DNA of 38,085 nucleotides from a virus, in UHGV virus genome UHGV-0010575; one strand, 5' to 3'. Of the stretch, positions 28,212 to 38,085 are shown in pieces; positions within the stretch are counted from its first letter, which is position 1, and each line of letters starts with the position of its first letter. The translations under genes were made by a program, and so were the position numbers. The notes below the pieces were generated by a model. The model was not told the origin of the DNA and made no database searches. It saw only the letters and a program-made list of their open reading frames with translations.

Positions 28212-28666
28212 TGATTCAGTTCAAACCAACGCGAAACATCGACCTGATAGAAGCCGTAGGAAATCACCCTGACATTATCGCCGGGAGCAACAACGGTGAT
28301 GGATACGACTACAAACCTGATTGCCGTTACTTTGAGGTGAACGTGCACGGGCAGTTCGGCGGAATTGTTTACTATCAGGAGATTCAGCCGCTAACCTTTG
28401 ATTGCCACGCCATGTACCTGCCAGAGATTCGTGGATTCAGCAAGGAAATCGGGCTGGCGTTCTGGCGATACATTCTAACTAACACCACCGTTCAGTGCGT
28501 CACATCGTTCGCTGCACGCAAATTCCGCCACGGTCAGATGTACTGCGCAATGATTGGCCTTAAGCGTGTAGGAACCATCAAGAAATACTTCAAAGGCGTG
28601 GATGACGTGACGTTTTACAGCGCCACACGCGAAGAACTAATCGACTTCCTGAATCACAGGAGATAG
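28208..28666 (+). CDS. gp14-like virion assembly protein
   Basis: 152-aa ORF at the position of P22 gene 14; assignment by synteny. Confidence 0.45.
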   Translation: MMIQFKPTRNIDLIEAVGNHPDIIAGSNNGDGYDYKPDCRYFEVNVHGQFGGIVYYQEIQPLTFDCHAMYLPEIRGFSKEIGLAFWRYILTNTTVQCVTSFAARKFRHGQMYCAMIGLKRVGTIKKYFKGVDDVTFYSATREELIDFLNHRR

Positions 28667-28668
28667 CC

Positions 28669-29361
28669 ATGTTATATGCATTTAAGCTGGGCAGAAAGCT
28701 GCGCGGCGAGGAACCTTATTGCCCTGAAAAAGGCGGCAAAGGTGGCAGTTCTGATAAAAGCGCAAAGTATGCAGCAGAATCTCAGAAGTATGCCGCAGAC
28801 CTGCAAAATCAGCAGTGGCAGACGATCATGAAAAACCTTGCTCCGTTCACGCCTCTTGCGGAGCAGTATGTTAACCAGCTTCAGGACCTTTCCAGTTTAG
28901 AAGGTCAGGGGCAGGCACTTAATCAGTATTACAACTCTCAGCAGTATAAAGACCTTGCAGGTCAGACTCGTTACCAGAGTCTTGCTGCTGCGGAGGCTAC
29001 GGGAGGACTTGGTTCGACAGCCACAAGCAATCAACTGGCTACGATCGCGCCGACTCTCGGTCAGTCTTGGTTATCAAACCAGATGAGCAATTACAACAAT
29101 CTGGCAAACGTTGGGCTTGGTGCTCTGCAAGGTCAGGCAAACGCCGGGCAGACGTACGCCAACAACATGAGCAGCATTGCACAGCAAAGCGCAGCTCTTG
29201 CCGCTGCTAATGCTAACAAACCATCAAGTCTTCAGACAGCAATTAGCGGCGGAACGTCCGGTGCGATTGCCGGTGCAGGTCTTGCCAGCCTTTTGGGAAC
29301 ATCAACACCTTGGGGTGCTGGCATTGGTGCTGGTATCGGATTGCTTGGCTCGTTGTTTTAA
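28669..29361 (+). CDS. Ejection protein (P22 gp7-like)
   Basis: 230 aa, Gln/Ala-rich, Gly-rich hydrophobic C-terminus; synteny. Confidence 0.65.
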   Translation: MLYAFKLGRKLRGEEPYCPEKGGKGGSSDKSAKYAAESQKYAADLQNQQWQTIMKNLAPFTPLAEQYVNQLQDLSSLEGQGQALNQYYNSQQYKDLAGQTRYQSLAAAEATGGLGSTATSNQLATIAPTLGQSWLSNQMSNYNNLANVGLGALQGQANAGQTYANNMSSIAQQSAALAAANANKPSSLQTAISGGTSGAIAGAGLASLLGTSTPWGAGIGAGIGLLGSLF

Positions 29362-29370
29362 GGGGTAATC

Positions 29371-30747
29371 ATGGCTACTTGGCAAGGATCAAATGGCGGA
29401 TTGTTGGCTGGTATCGGCGGCGTCAACTCAAACGCTCCGAGCGTAAATGACATCGGCAATACGCTTCAGCTTATCAGGCAGAACAATGATATTGAGCGTT
29501 CAGGCGCTAACAATGTTGGGCTGACTGCTTTGCAAGGCCTTTCAGGTATTGCGGGGGTGTTTCAGCAGGAAAAGCAGGCTCAGCGGCAGAAAGAATTTCA
29601 GCAGGCGTACGCTAATGCTTATGCGTCTGGTGATCGCGGTGCTTTGCGTCAGTTGGCTACTCAATATCCAGACCAGATTGAATCCGTTCGTAAAGGCATG
29701 GGATTCATTGATGAAGACCAGCGTAATTCTATCGGCACCTTAGCGGCTGGCGCACGCCTTGCGTCATCGTCTCCAGAAGCAATGCAATCATGGCTGCAAA
29801 ACAACGCCAAGGAACTGACTCGCGTCGGTGTTGATCCTAATAACGTTGCTCAGATGTATCAGCAGAATCCTTCAGGATTTGGTGAGTTTGTTGATCACCT
29901 TGGAATGTCAGCGCTTGGTCCTAATGATTATTTCAATGTTCAGGACAAGATGGCTGGTCGTGAGATTGACCGAGGCAGGCTGGCAGAGACAATCCGCAGC
30001 AATCAGGCTGGCGAGGCACTTCAGGCGAGAGGGCAAAACCTTTCCTATCAGTCAGCAATGACTGGACACGGACTTGCAGCAGAAAGACTGGCACTTGATA
30101 AGCAGAAATTCGGTTTTGAAGTACAACAGGCACAAAAGAAGGCCGATGAACTTATTAATGCTGCGCCAAAACTATCCGTGAACATGGAAAAGGCTATAGA
30201 AAAATCAGCAGGTGATGCGGCAGCTAGTCGTAATGCTGCCGATTCAATGACAACGCTTGCTGACACGCTTGAGAAGGAGAAGCCAACTCCTGGTTTGTTC
30301 GGTAACGCTGAAAATATGTTCACTAAGCTTACGGGGCAAGATAACTACCTCCGAGATATGCGGATTAGATTCAACCAACTAGCCAATGCGCAGGCAACAA
30401 AGCTTCTCCCTCCCGGCCCTGCATCAGATAAGGATATTGAGTTTGCAAGGAAAGGCATTCCAAGCGAAACGGATAATCCAATGGTCATGGCTCGATGGTT
30501 AAGGGGTATGGCAAAAATGGAAAGTAATAACGCGAAGTTCAACGAGTTTAGGTCAGAGTGGATGAGTGCAAATGGCAGCCCAGGACAATCTGATCGCAAC
30601 CGAAACATCATGGGGATGGATGTTAAGAAGGGTGAATCATTGAACTCTGCGGCAAAACGTTTTCTTTCCTCAAGTTATGGCGATAGCCAACCTCAACAGC
30701 AATTGTCCGATGACGAATTAATTAGCAAATATCTCGGAGGGCAGTAA
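29371..30747 (+). CDS. Ejection protein (P22 gp20-like)
   Basis: 458 aa; synteny and size. Confidence 0.65.
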   Translation: MATWQGSNGGLLAGIGGVNSNAPSVNDIGNTLQLIRQNNDIERSGANNVGLTALQGLSGIAGVFQQEKQAQRQKEFQQAYANAYASGDRGALRQLATQYPDQIESVRKGMGFIDEDQRNSIGTLAAGARLASSSPEAMQSWLQNNAKELTRVGVDPNNVAQMYQQNPSGFGEFVDHLGMSALGPNDYFNVQDKMAGREIDRGRLAETIRSNQAGEALQARGQNLSYQSAMTGHGLAAERLALDKQKFGFEVQQAQKKADELINAAPKLSVNMEKAIEKSAGDAAASRNAADSMTTLADTLEKEKPTPGLFGNAENMFTKLTGQDNYLRDMRIRFNQLANAQATKLLPPGPASDKDIEFARKGIPSETDNPMVMARWLRGMAKMESNNAKFNEFRSEWMSANGSPGQSDRNRNIMGMDVKKGESLNSAAKRFLSSSYGDSQPQQQLSDDELISKYLGGQ

Positions 30748-32858
30748 TGGCCTATAGTCGTGAACAGTTGATGACGGCGTTAAGGAATGCTGATGCTGCC
30801 GGCGATACTGAGGGAGCACGTCGCATTGCTCAGATGCTGTCTTCTGGTGATCAATCCACTCAAAACCAATCGCAGCCAGAAGAACAATCTCTGGTGGGAA
30901 AAGCTACTGACTGGCTCACTGGTGGTCAAAGTGCAGGGCAAATTGCAGAACAGGCTGGTCGTGGTCTGGTAAACATACCATTTGACGTATTGCAGGGTGG
31001 CGCAAGTCTGATTAATGCAATCAGTCAGGGGCTTGGTGGCCCCAAGGTTTTGGATGATGTTTATCGCCCTGTCGATCGACCGACAGACCCTTACGCGCAA
31101 GCCGGTGAAACAATTGGTGGGTATCTCCTGCCAATTGGCACAGCGGCAAAAGCTGCTGGAGCGCCAGCAAAGCTCGCTGAAGATATCGGTTCCGCAGGAA
31201 ACATGATTGCAGGTTCTCTTGCTGATGCTGCAAATCAGGAGGGTGATTTTGCACAAAATGCTGCCATTAACGGTGGTATCAATATTGGTGCTCAAGGCGT
31301 TCTTTCAGGTGTCGGGCGCGTTATTGCGCCAAGGGTTTCACAGGCTCTTGGTGGTGCAGCACTGAATTCTGCTAATGATGTTTCCAGGATGGCAAAGTCA
31401 GGTGCTGGGCGTCAGTCAATTGCCAGTCAGGCCGCTAATGTGTCCGAAGATGTAGCAAAAGCGGCTGAGTCTGCTGGAATTGATATAAACGCATTAACAC
31501 CAGGAATGCGATCTGGAAGTCGTGGAATTGCACAAGCCGAAGGCGCATTGGCATCAACACCAGGAATTGTTCAGGACGCCCATCAGGCAGCATTTAACGA
31601 AATATCATCAAAGTTAAGTCGAAACCTTGATGAATTTGGGGCCGCATCTGGAACGGCATCAGAAAAAAGTGCGGCTATAAAACAAAGGATTCTTCAAAAT
31701 CTTGATCAGATGAAGGATGCCGAGCGCGCGGCATGGGATGACGTGCGGTCAACAATGCCAAATCAAAAAGCAAGAATGCTAAATGGTAATGCCGTTATTC
31801 AGGCAGAGCGATCTGCTGGCATACCGCTTACTCCTGAAATGAAACAGTTTGTTCAGGCAAACAATCAAGGTGGAGTAACATTTGATGGCATGAAAGCATG
31901 GAGAGCGAAATTTGCTGATGCGGAGCAAAAATATAAGCGTAGCGGAGAGGCAAATGCGGCAAGGAGAGCAGGGGAAATACGTCGGGCAATTACTGATGAT
32001 ATGCGCACAATGGCGGAAAACGGCGGATTTTTTGATGACTGGCAAAAAGCTAATGATCTGTCTAAAGCGAGGTTATCAGCACAAGAGAGTGCAGAGTCTG
32101 TTTTCGGGCGTGATTTGGCAACAGATGCACTGATTACGAATGGAGTAAAATCCCTTCAATCATCGTCAGCTAAAGGTCTTAATGGTCCTGCTGGATTCCA
32201 TTCTATGATCCGCGCGCTGCCAGAATCAGAGCGTGTTCCTGCTATATCATCAATGTTGCAGGATGCTATCTCGCATGGTGTACGTGGTGGCAAATCTGAT
32301 GCAGCAGGAATTAACCATATCGCAGAGATACTCACGCCACAAAATGTAAAAGCCATTAGCCGATATTCCTCAGAGCTTGGAAGAATTGCTGATGCATATG
32401 GCACTCTTGCAAGAGCAGCAGTGAAACCTCAGCAGTATATTGAAAGAACAGGGCGAACTGCCAATGTACTACGTGATCTGGATGCCGGTTTATCCAACGT
32501 CACATCAACAGTGTTAAATGCAATTGCCAATTCAACATCAGGTGCCATTGTTGGTGGGGCAGGAGGGGGCATTGCAGGCGCTGCCGCAGGTGCTTTAGTT
32601 GGCGCCGGGCTAAAAGGTGCTGTATCTAAAATTGCCACCACACGTAGTGGTCGGTATGCGATAGAGAAAGCAGTTCAGGAAGCCACGAAAGCAGTAAGAG
32701 CTGGCGGAAGTAAAGAAGCATTAGCGGCGGCGGAACGCAGATTTATGGCAAATAAAGCCGCCGTAAAAGCAATACGCGATGCAGTTGGAAACGAAGAGTT
32801 CAATCGCTTAGCGAGGGCTGGCATTGTAGCGTCGCTAAGCGGAATGGCACAGGAGTAA
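30747..32858 (+). CDS. Ejection protein (P22 gp16-like)
   Basis: 703 aa, Ala/Gly-rich; synteny. Confidence 0.65.
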   Translation: MAYSREQLMTALRNADAAGDTEGARRIAQMLSSGDQSTQNQSQPEEQSLVGKATDWLTGGQSAGQIAEQAGRGLVNIPFDVLQGGASLINAISQGLGGPKVLDDVYRPVDRPTDPYAQAGETIGGYLLPIGTAAKAAGAPAKLAEDIGSAGNMIAGSLADAANQEGDFAQNAAINGGINIGAQGVLSGVGRVIAPRVSQALGGAALNSANDVSRMAKSGAGRQSIASQAANVSEDVAKAAESAGIDINALTPGMRSGSRGIAQAEGALASTPGIVQDAHQAAFNEISSKLSRNLDEFGAASGTASEKSAAIKQRILQNLDQMKDAERAAWDDVRSTMPNQKARMLNGNAVIQAERSAGIPLTPEMKQFVQANNQGGVTFDGMKAWRAKFADAEQKYKRSGEANAARRAGEIRRAITDDMRTMAENGGFFDDWQKANDLSKARLSAQESAESVFGRDLATDALITNGVKSLQSSSAKGLNGPAGFHSMIRALPESERVPAISSMLQDAISHGVRGGKSDAAGINHIAEILTPQNVKAISRYSSELGRIADAYGTLARAAVKPQQYIERTGRTANVLRDLDAGLSNVTSTVLNAIANSTSGAIVGGAGGGIAGAAAGALVGAGLKGAVSKIATTRSGRYAIEKAVQEATKAVRAGGSKEALAAAERRFMANKAAVKAIRDAVGNEEFNRLARAGIVASLSGMAQE

Positions 32859-33182
32859 TTAATCATCCATGGATGGATTGAGCTTATCACGTGTTGATGT
32901 GGCGATTTGTCCTACATTCCTAAGCCAAGATTTCAAATCCTTGATATTGTCATTGATTTCATGAATATCTTCTTTTTTTAATCTGTTAATATTATTCTCA
33001 ATAATTTCAATGGATTGCTCAATATCAGATATAGTGAATGATAGTTTGTTCTTCTCATCTTTTATTGAGTTTTTAAGTGCTTCGTTCTCAGTCTTGAGGT
33101 CAGATATCTTTTGTTTTAAAGATGCCAGTTGGTACTGAACCACAATGAGTGCGATAGCTATCGCGATAACTGTTGTATACAC
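32859..33182 (-). CDS. Unrecognised small membrane-anchored coiled-coil protein (107 aa)
   Basis: ORF in track; N-terminal TM (YTTVIAIAIALIVVQY) then heptad-rich region; AT-rich. Confidence 0.5.
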   Translation of the reverse strand: MYTTVIAIAIALIVVQYQLASLKQKISDLKTENEALKNSIKDEKNKLSFTISDIEQSIEIIENNINRLKKEDIHEINDNIKDLKSWLRNVGQIATSTRDKLNPSMDD

Positions 33183-33204
33183 ACCAACCTCCTTAGTTGA
33201 TATT

Positions 33205-33624
33205 TTATTTGTATGAAATCAACGAGTTAAGCTCCCTCTCATTTAGAGATTGGAATCTTTTTTCAGTTATATCAATGATGGCTGGCAATAGTTTTTTTAC
33301 CTTCTCATGACCATCAGGTTTAATGATAGCAATGATCTGGATATGAATTGGATATGTGTTGTGTACCGCAAATATCAAAAAGTTATCGCTAACTCTACGA
33401 TGTATTGGCGTTGTTCTTAACCAAGGATCATCTACTCCAGGGATCCTGATGTGCGACTTGTAAATTCCCGATAAGACGGCGTGATGGTTTCTCTCAAACC
33501 CACCAATCTTACCAAGATAAGCTGAAACGGTGCCTCTGTTTTTGTAGTTTGCAAGAGCCTTCGCAAAGTATTGTTCTAATGGTCCAGCCGCTGCATCTAC
33601 AACAATGCTTATGCGGTTTTCCAT
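33205..33624 (-). CDS. Unrecognised protein (139 aa); weak resemblance to YafO-type toxins
   Basis: ORF in track; C-terminal IAIIKPDGHEK... segment resembles YafO ILKPEPH region (recall, low confidence). Confidence 0.45.
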   Translation of the reverse strand: MENRISIVVDAAAGPLEQYFAKALANYKNRGTVSAYLGKIGGFERNHHAVLSGIYKSHIRIPGVDDPWLRTTPIHRRVSDNFLIFAVHNTYPIHIQIIAIIKPDGHEKVKKLLPAIIDITEKRFQSLNERELNSLISYK

Positions 33625-34208
33625 TTTGGTGCTTCCATGCCAAATCTTTTATGTGAATCTTCAACTGATTTCTTGAAGGAAGCCAACTCTTCTTCAGTGA
33701 ACTCTTCAGGTTCAGCATATGATAGTGGTATGTGCTGCATTGCTAGCGTCACAAGCCCCATTGTTAGCCTTTTGTATTCTATAAAAGTATTGATTGAGTG
33801 GTTTTTCATTGTTGTAAGAGTTGACATATGGGGCTTCCACGCATCGCTGTTCTCAGCGATGAAGAAGGTATACAACAGTTTCGCGATACCATAATCAAGC
33901 TTAGATATCTGATCGTTCAACATATCTACATCGTCATGTTGAATATCAAGTGAGGAAATATCTTCTTCTGTACCATTACTTAATATGTCAATGAATGTAA
34001 TGTACTTTTTGCAAACTTCCTCTACAGGTGACATAACGCAGTAGATCTTGCTAAGAGCTTCAGAAGCCTGTTTTTTAGACAAAGAGCCGCTATGACTGCG
34101 ATCAAAGTCTGAAATTGAACGCTCGATAGATGTTGATATGTCAGAAAAAACGTTTTCAATTTTTCCTGGCTCTTGATTCAGGATGGCCATAACGCCTATC
34201 TCAATCAC
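33609..34208 (-). CDS. Unrecognised acidic protein (199 aa)
   Basis: ORF in track; GTG start (alternative ATG at 34190); overlaps downstream gene by 16 nt. Confidence 0.45.
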   Translation of the reverse strand: MIEIGVMAILNQEPGKIENVFSDISTSIERSISDFDRSHSGSLSKKQASEALSKIYCVMSPVEEVCKKYITFIDILSNGTEEDISSLDIQHDDVDMLNDQISKLDYGIAKLLYTFFIAENSDAWKPHMSTLTTMKNHSINTFIEYKRLTMGLVTLAMQHIPLSYAEPEEFTEEELASFKKSVEDSHKRFGMEAPKWKTA

Positions 34209-34250
34209 AATGTATACCTTGTTATTTTATATCAACGAACAAACATTGAC

Positions 34251-34499
34251 CTATCTGGTCTCGTACATTTTTTTCAGGGTTTCAAACACCATCTTCTTAA
34301 CAATTTCTGCTTGCTGATCAGCCATGCGTTCTGCTTCGTCACGGTAACCTGCAATCGGTGATGGTTTTGATAGCGCATCCTGAACGATTTGTAATAACTC
34401 AGAGTTCATTGACCTTCCGTTAGCCTCGGCTCTTAATTTCAATTTTTCTCTTACTTCCAAAGGCATACGGAAGTTAAAGTGCGGATCATCTCTAGCCAT
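34251..34499 (-). CDS. mnt: Mnt repressor (ribbon-helix-helix)
   Basis: MARDDPHFNFRMPLEVREKLKLRAEANGRSMNSELLQIVQDALSKPS... closely matches recalled P22 Mnt. Confidence 0.7.
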   Translation of the reverse strand: MARDDPHFNFRMPLEVREKLKLRAEANGRSMNSELLQIVQDALSKPSPIAGYRDEAERMADQQAEIVKKMVFETLKKMYETR

Positions 34500-34522
34500 G
34501 CCATCACTCCAAGTTAGTATCT

Positions 34523-34786
34523 CTAACTTTCGTCTTTATTGTTGCCATACATGCATTTCAACTTCTCAACATCATGTTCAAGATCTATCAATCGTGATGC
34601 TATAGTTGCAAGGTCTAGTGCTTGAATGTGTTTATTTTTTTCGGTCCATGCTTCAAGTGCAGCGACCATCTCAGCATTTAATGAACGAGAATTAGCCTCA
34701 GCCAGTTCAATAAGACGTTCCTTTATCTCTACAGGAAGCCTCAGATTCACTTGAGGGTTTTTGTACTTACGATCAGACATCGGCAC
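34523..34786 (-). CDS. Second ribbon-helix-helix (Arc/Mnt-family) protein (87 aa)
   Basis: PQVNLRLPVEIKERLIELAEANSRSLNAEMVAAL RHH signature. Confidence 0.55.
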   Translation of the reverse strand: MPMSDRKYKNPQVNLRLPVEIKERLIELAEANSRSLNAEMVAALEAWTEKNKHIQALDLATIASRLIDLEHDVEKLKCMYGNNKDES

Positions 34787-34885
34787 ACCCTGAATAATTT
34801 TTTACCACAGGATATGTAGGTGTCTATTGACTATCAATGCGTACCTAAATACTATGTATGCGTACCACATACAGCGGAGGATGCA
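34787..34885. promoter_or_regulatory. Divergent immI control region (candidate Pmnt/Pant and operators)
   Basis: Intergenic region between divergent RHH genes; inverted repeats ATTGA-cta-TCAAT and TGTATG-N7-CATACA, direct repeat TGCGTACC x2. Confidence 0.45.
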
Positions 34886-35026
34886 ATGAAGGTAAAAACA
34901 CTGCGTATGCCAGAGAAGTTAGAAAAAATCCTTGAAGAGAAAGCAAAGGAAGAGTGTCGATCGTTTAGCGCAGAAGTAATTAAACGGGTGCTGGACAGCT
35001 TGAAGAGAGAGGGGGTGATGGTATGA
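34886..35026 (+). CDS. arc: Arc-like repressor (ribbon-helix-helix, 46 aa)
   Basis: Internal ATG with GGAGG SD; RHH pattern KTLRMPEKLEKILEEKAKEECRSFSAEVIKRVL. Confidence 0.6.
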   Translation: MKVKTLRMPEKLEKILEEKAKEECRSFSAEVIKRVLDSLKREGVMV

Positions 35027-35226
35027 GTAAAGAATGTTGTTTCTGCGGCATTAGCGAATCAGACACTGATCAAACATACATTTACTCTAAAGAAACAGGT
35101 CGGATGCTGTGTAGTGACTGCGTGTTGGACATCATAAGATACAAGCATCTTGGATGTTCTGCCAGCATTAGCAATATAGGTGAAGTATACGAAGGGAAAG
35201 ATATAACTGATAGAGCAGAAAGTTGA
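35023..35226 (+). CDS. Small Cys-rich (zinc-ribbon-like) protein (67 aa)
   Basis: ATGA overlap with arc stop; CxxC...CxxC pattern (CCFCG ... CSDC). Confidence 0.4.
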   Translation: MSKECCFCGISESDTDQTYIYSKETGRMLCSDCVLDIIRYKHLGCSASISNIGEVYEGKDITDRAES

Positions 35227-35288
35227 AGCCCCAACTGCGGGAACAGTCAGGGCTTCGGTATCAACAAAACTTACGAGGTATTATTGAT

Positions 35289-36179
35289 ATGTCAAGCTTA
35301 GCAAAGTCAGCTGTAAATTGCACTAATAGCATCATCATTTCTGACGTCAAGATTCATATGGATTCAGAGGGTCGTTACTCGCTTAATGACCTTCATGTAG
35401 CGTCTGGAAAGGAGGAAAAACATCAGCCAGCTTTCTTCATGCGTAGAAATGAAACTATTGAATTGATTAATGAAATTTTTAATTCTGCGGATATGCAGAA
35501 TAAGAATCCCGTCATTTCTAAGAAAGGTAGATATGGTGGAACATACGTGTGCAAGGAGCTTGTTTACTCCTACGCCATGTGGATTAGCGCAGCATTTGCG
35601 CTGAAGGTTATCCGCGCATATGACGCAATGGTTACTGCCACACAAGAGAGGAAGGCTATTGGCGGTAAAACTTCAGTAGCTGAACGCACGCCGCTACGCG
35701 ATGCAGTAAACATGCTGGTAGGAAAGAAAGGACTTCGCTATGACGATGCATACAATATGGTTCATCAGCGTTTTGGTATTGACAGCATTGATGAACTTTC
35801 AATTGAACAAATCCCGCTGGCCGTAGAGTACATCCACAGGGTAGTGCTTGAAGGTGAGTTCATTGGCAAACAAGAGAAGAAAACCAACGAGCTTTCTGCA
35901 AAAGAAGCAAACAGCCTTGTATGGTTATGGGATTATGCCAACCGCTCACAGGCATTATTCCGCGAATTGTATCCGGCATTAAAACAAATTCAATCGAACT
36001 ATTCCGGCAGATGCTACGACTATGGTCATGAGTTCTCGTATGTTATCGGAATGGCGAGAGACGTTTTAATAAACCACACACGAGATATTGATATTAATGA
36101 GCCAGACGGACCAACGAATCTTTCCGCATGGATGAGACTTAAGAATAAAGAATTACCTCCTTCAATACATAACTACTGA
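35289..36179 (+). CDS. ant: Antirepressor (KilA-N domain N-terminus)
   Basis: Position downstream of arc; KilA-N-like N-terminal region; start at internal ATG of track ORF. Confidence 0.6.
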   Translation: MSSLAKSAVNCTNSIIISDVKIHMDSEGRYSLNDLHVASGKEEKHQPAFFMRRNETIELINEIFNSADMQNKNPVISKKGRYGGTYVCKELVYSYAMWISAAFALKVIRAYDAMVTATQERKAIGGKTSVAERTPLRDAVNMLVGKKGLRYDDAYNMVHQRFGIDSIDELSIEQIPLAVEYIHRVVLEGEFIGKQEKKTNELSAKEANSLVWLWDYANRSQALFRELYPALKQIQSNYSGRCYDYGHEFSYVIGMARDVLINHTRDIDINEPDGPTNLSAWMRLKNKELPPSIHNY

Positions 36180-36197
36180 CAGATAACCAACGCAACG

Positions 36198-36222
36198 ACC
36201 CAGCTTAGGCTGGGTTTTTTTA
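36198..36222 (+). terminator. Rho-independent terminator (ACCCAGC-UUAG-GCUGGGU + U7)
   Basis: Perfect 7-bp stem and long T-run between ant and tailspike. Confidence 0.7.
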
Positions 36223-36279
36223 TGCCCAAAATTCACCGTAGCCATGCTGCGGCGATTCCTTGTATCTGGAGCAAATTAA

Positions 36280-38085
36280 ATGACAGACATTATACCTAAC
36301 ATTATAGTTTCCATGCCTAATCAATTGTTCACAATGTCAAGAACATTTAAATCAGTATCGAATGGAAGCATTTATATCGGGAAGCCTGATACCGATCCGA
36401 CTAATCCAGATAATCAAGTGGATGTTTATTTTGAGAATGAGAATGGAAAATATATTAAGGTTTCTCAACCAATAAAAATAAGTCAAGCTGGACAACCTGT
36501 ATTGAATGGTCAATTCGGTAAGTTTGCGACTATAAAAAATCACTCAATGGCGATTTTTGATGCGTATGGCTCTCAGCAGCACTATTTCCCAAATGTAATG
36601 AAATATGCTCCAGATCAGTTAAGGCAGGAATTAACAAATTTTTCTGGTGAAAATTCTCCTGGTTATGCTGACCCAAGTAATACGGTATGGGGAATTGATG
36701 CATTTTCTTCTAATGAATATGCGAAAAATAATGCTTTTTTCGGAGTTGGAGCAGGATCATCAATTATAGGTAACGAGTCAGATGAGGCTGTTGGTGCGGA
36801 AAATACTGGTATTGGTAGACGAGCCGGTGCAAGCCTTACAACAGGACAGCGCAATGTTCTACTTGGACATGAGGCTGGAGCACTGTTAACTACAGGTAGT
36901 TGTAATATTTTTATTTACGCTCAAAGTTCTTCTTATGCCAACTATAAAACCGGTAGTTATAATGTAGTGGTTGGTTATAACGCTGGCAAACTATTAACAT
37001 CAGGAGAGAGAAATGTTTCAGTTGGTACGGATGCTGGGTCACGAACAACAACAGGAAGAGATAACGTTGCTGTCGGTCAAGCAGCAATGCAAAATAACTC
37101 AACTGGTGGTGGTAATACCTATATAGGAGCATTCTCTGGTGCTGAGACGGGAACTGGCGGTAATAATCTTGCTGCAGGTCGCTCTGCCTTATTTAGAAAT
37201 GTGGATGGTTCTGGAAACGTTGCACTAGGACGTGAGGCTTCTCTTGGTTTGTCTTCATATGGGGAATCTCCCAATAATATTGTTGCTATAGGGTATCAAG
37301 CTGCATGGTCACAGAATGGATTAAATGGTGTTGTTTTTTGTGGGATGCAAGCAGGATATAAAGCAACAAAAATGAATGATTCAGTTCTTATTGGTAGGGC
37401 TTCCGGCTTTAATTTAACAACAGGAAGTGATAATGTTTTTGTTGGTGCAGCGTCAGGAGATAGTGAGACTACTGGAACCCAATTAGTATATCTTGGACAT
37501 CAAGCTGGTAGGTTTTTGATTGATGGGACACCTGCAAAAGAGAAATTAAATTGTGTAGCTTTAGGCTGCCGTGCCAGAGTTGGTGGAGATCATGAGATTC
37601 AGTTAGGAAATTCTTCTCAGACAGTTTATGTATATGGTACGGTGCAAACTCGGTCTGATGAGCGTGATAAAGCAGATAAACGAATAATAGACGGAGAACT
37701 TGCTGTATCATTCGTCCGTGGAATAATCCCATATTTTTATAAGTGGGATTTTCGTGATGATTATATAGAAGAATACAATGTAAAAATTGGTGATGATTCT
37801 AATGGCAATCCGATTTTTGAAACTAGAATTCATCAACATGAAAAAGATGGCAGTAGAAAAAGGAAAAGAGAACATGCCGGGTATCTTGCACAGCAAGTTA
37901 AAGAATTACTTGATCGACTTGGAATTGACTGTGGTATATATCAAGATCATCTAGTAAACAATGGATGCGATGTAAAAACAATTGCCTACGAACAGGTTAT
38001 ACCGTTTGTTACAAAGGCTATAGATGTTGCATTTTCAAGGATAGAGGGGTTAGAGCAAAGATTGAACAAACTCGAAAACCTATAA
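36280..38085 (+). CDS. Tailspike: P22-type head-binding N-domain + repeat-rich receptor domain + C-terminal intramolecular-chaperone (S74-like) domain
   Basis: N-terminus MTDIIPNIIVSMPNQLFTMSRTFKSVSNGSIYIGKPDTDPTNP matches P22 gp9 head-binding domain; central xTTG repeats; C-terminal SDERDK...coiled coil typical of autoprocessing chaperone domains; AT-rich. Confidence 0.8.
   Translation: MTDIIPNIIVSMPNQLFTMSRTFKSVSNGSIYIGKPDTDPTNPDNQVDVYFENENGKYIKVSQPIKISQAGQPVLNGQFGKFATIKNHSMAIFDAYGSQQHYFPNVMKYAPDQLRQELTNFSGENSPGYADPSNTVWGIDAFSSNEYAKNNAFFGVGAGSSIIGNESDEAVGAENTGIGRRAGASLTTGQRNVLLGHEAGALLTTGSCNIFIYAQSSSYANYKTGSYNVVVGYNAGKLLTSGERNVSVGTDAGSRTTTGRDNVAVGQAAMQNNSTGGGNTYIGAFSGAETGTGGNNLAAGRSALFRNVDGSGNVALGREASLGLSSYGESPNNIVAIGYQAAWSQNGLNGVVFCGMQAGYKATKMNDSVLIGRASGFNLTTGSDNVFVGAASGDSETTGTQLVYLGHQAGRFLIDGTPAKEKLNCVALGCRARVGGDHEIQLGNSSQTVYVYGTVQTRSDERDKADKRIIDGELAVSFVRGIIPYFYKWDFRDDYIEEYNVKIGDDSNGNPIFETRIHQHEKDGSRKRKREHAGYLAQQVKELLDRLGIDCGIYQDHLVNNGCDVKTIAYEQVIPFVTKAIDVAFSRIEGLEQRLNKLENL

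Noticed and set aside
30048-32890. Antisense ORFs within gp20 and gp16 (e.g. 30780-31295, 32156-32404)
   Set aside because: Embedded in ejection-protein genes on the opposite strand; Ala/Gly-rich coding sequence generates long open antisense frames by chance.
1-38085. CRISPR arrays, IS elements or transposase genes
   Set aside because: No regularly spaced direct repeats and no transposase-like ORFs were seen; the only notable repeats are the 16-bp inverted pair at 17900-18165 and the heptad-coding repeats inside the needle gene.

Overview
The window is almost entirely one mosaic temperate-phage genome of the P22-like (lambdoid podovirus) type, probably a prophage of an Escherichia/Shigella-like enterobacterium. 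All protein identifications are from reading the translations and recalling known phage families (P22, lambda, phage 21); no database search was run. Layout, left to right: an excisionase-like gene with no integrase inside the window; a leftward early operon (Ead/Ea22-like, Gp157, RecT, Kil-like, cIII-like, small coupled ORFs, N-like antiterminator with nutL); the immunity region (cI with two unrecognised downstream genes, cro, cII, homologous nutL/nutR); replication (O with an internal iteron/AT-rich candidate origin, DnaB-like helicase); a lambda-like nin region (ninB/E/F/G/H/I-like) and a Q-type antiterminator; two tRNA genes; a phage-21-type lysis cassette (pinholin, SAR endolysin, Rz/Rz1); P22-type packaging and head genes (terS, terL, portal, scaffold, coat); gp4, gp10, an inserted HNH endonuclease, tail needle, gp14/7/20/16 ejection proteins; an AT-rich opposite-strand three-gene cluster at the P22 sieA position; an immI region (Mnt, a second ribbon-helix-helix protein, Arc, antirepressor); and an AT-rich mosaic tailspike ending at the window edge. 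The best candidates for an undescribed system are (1) the two-gene operon coupled to cI at the lambda rexAB position and (2) the three-gene cluster at the sieA position; neither matches a family I recognise, and both need experimental or HMM/structure confirmation.
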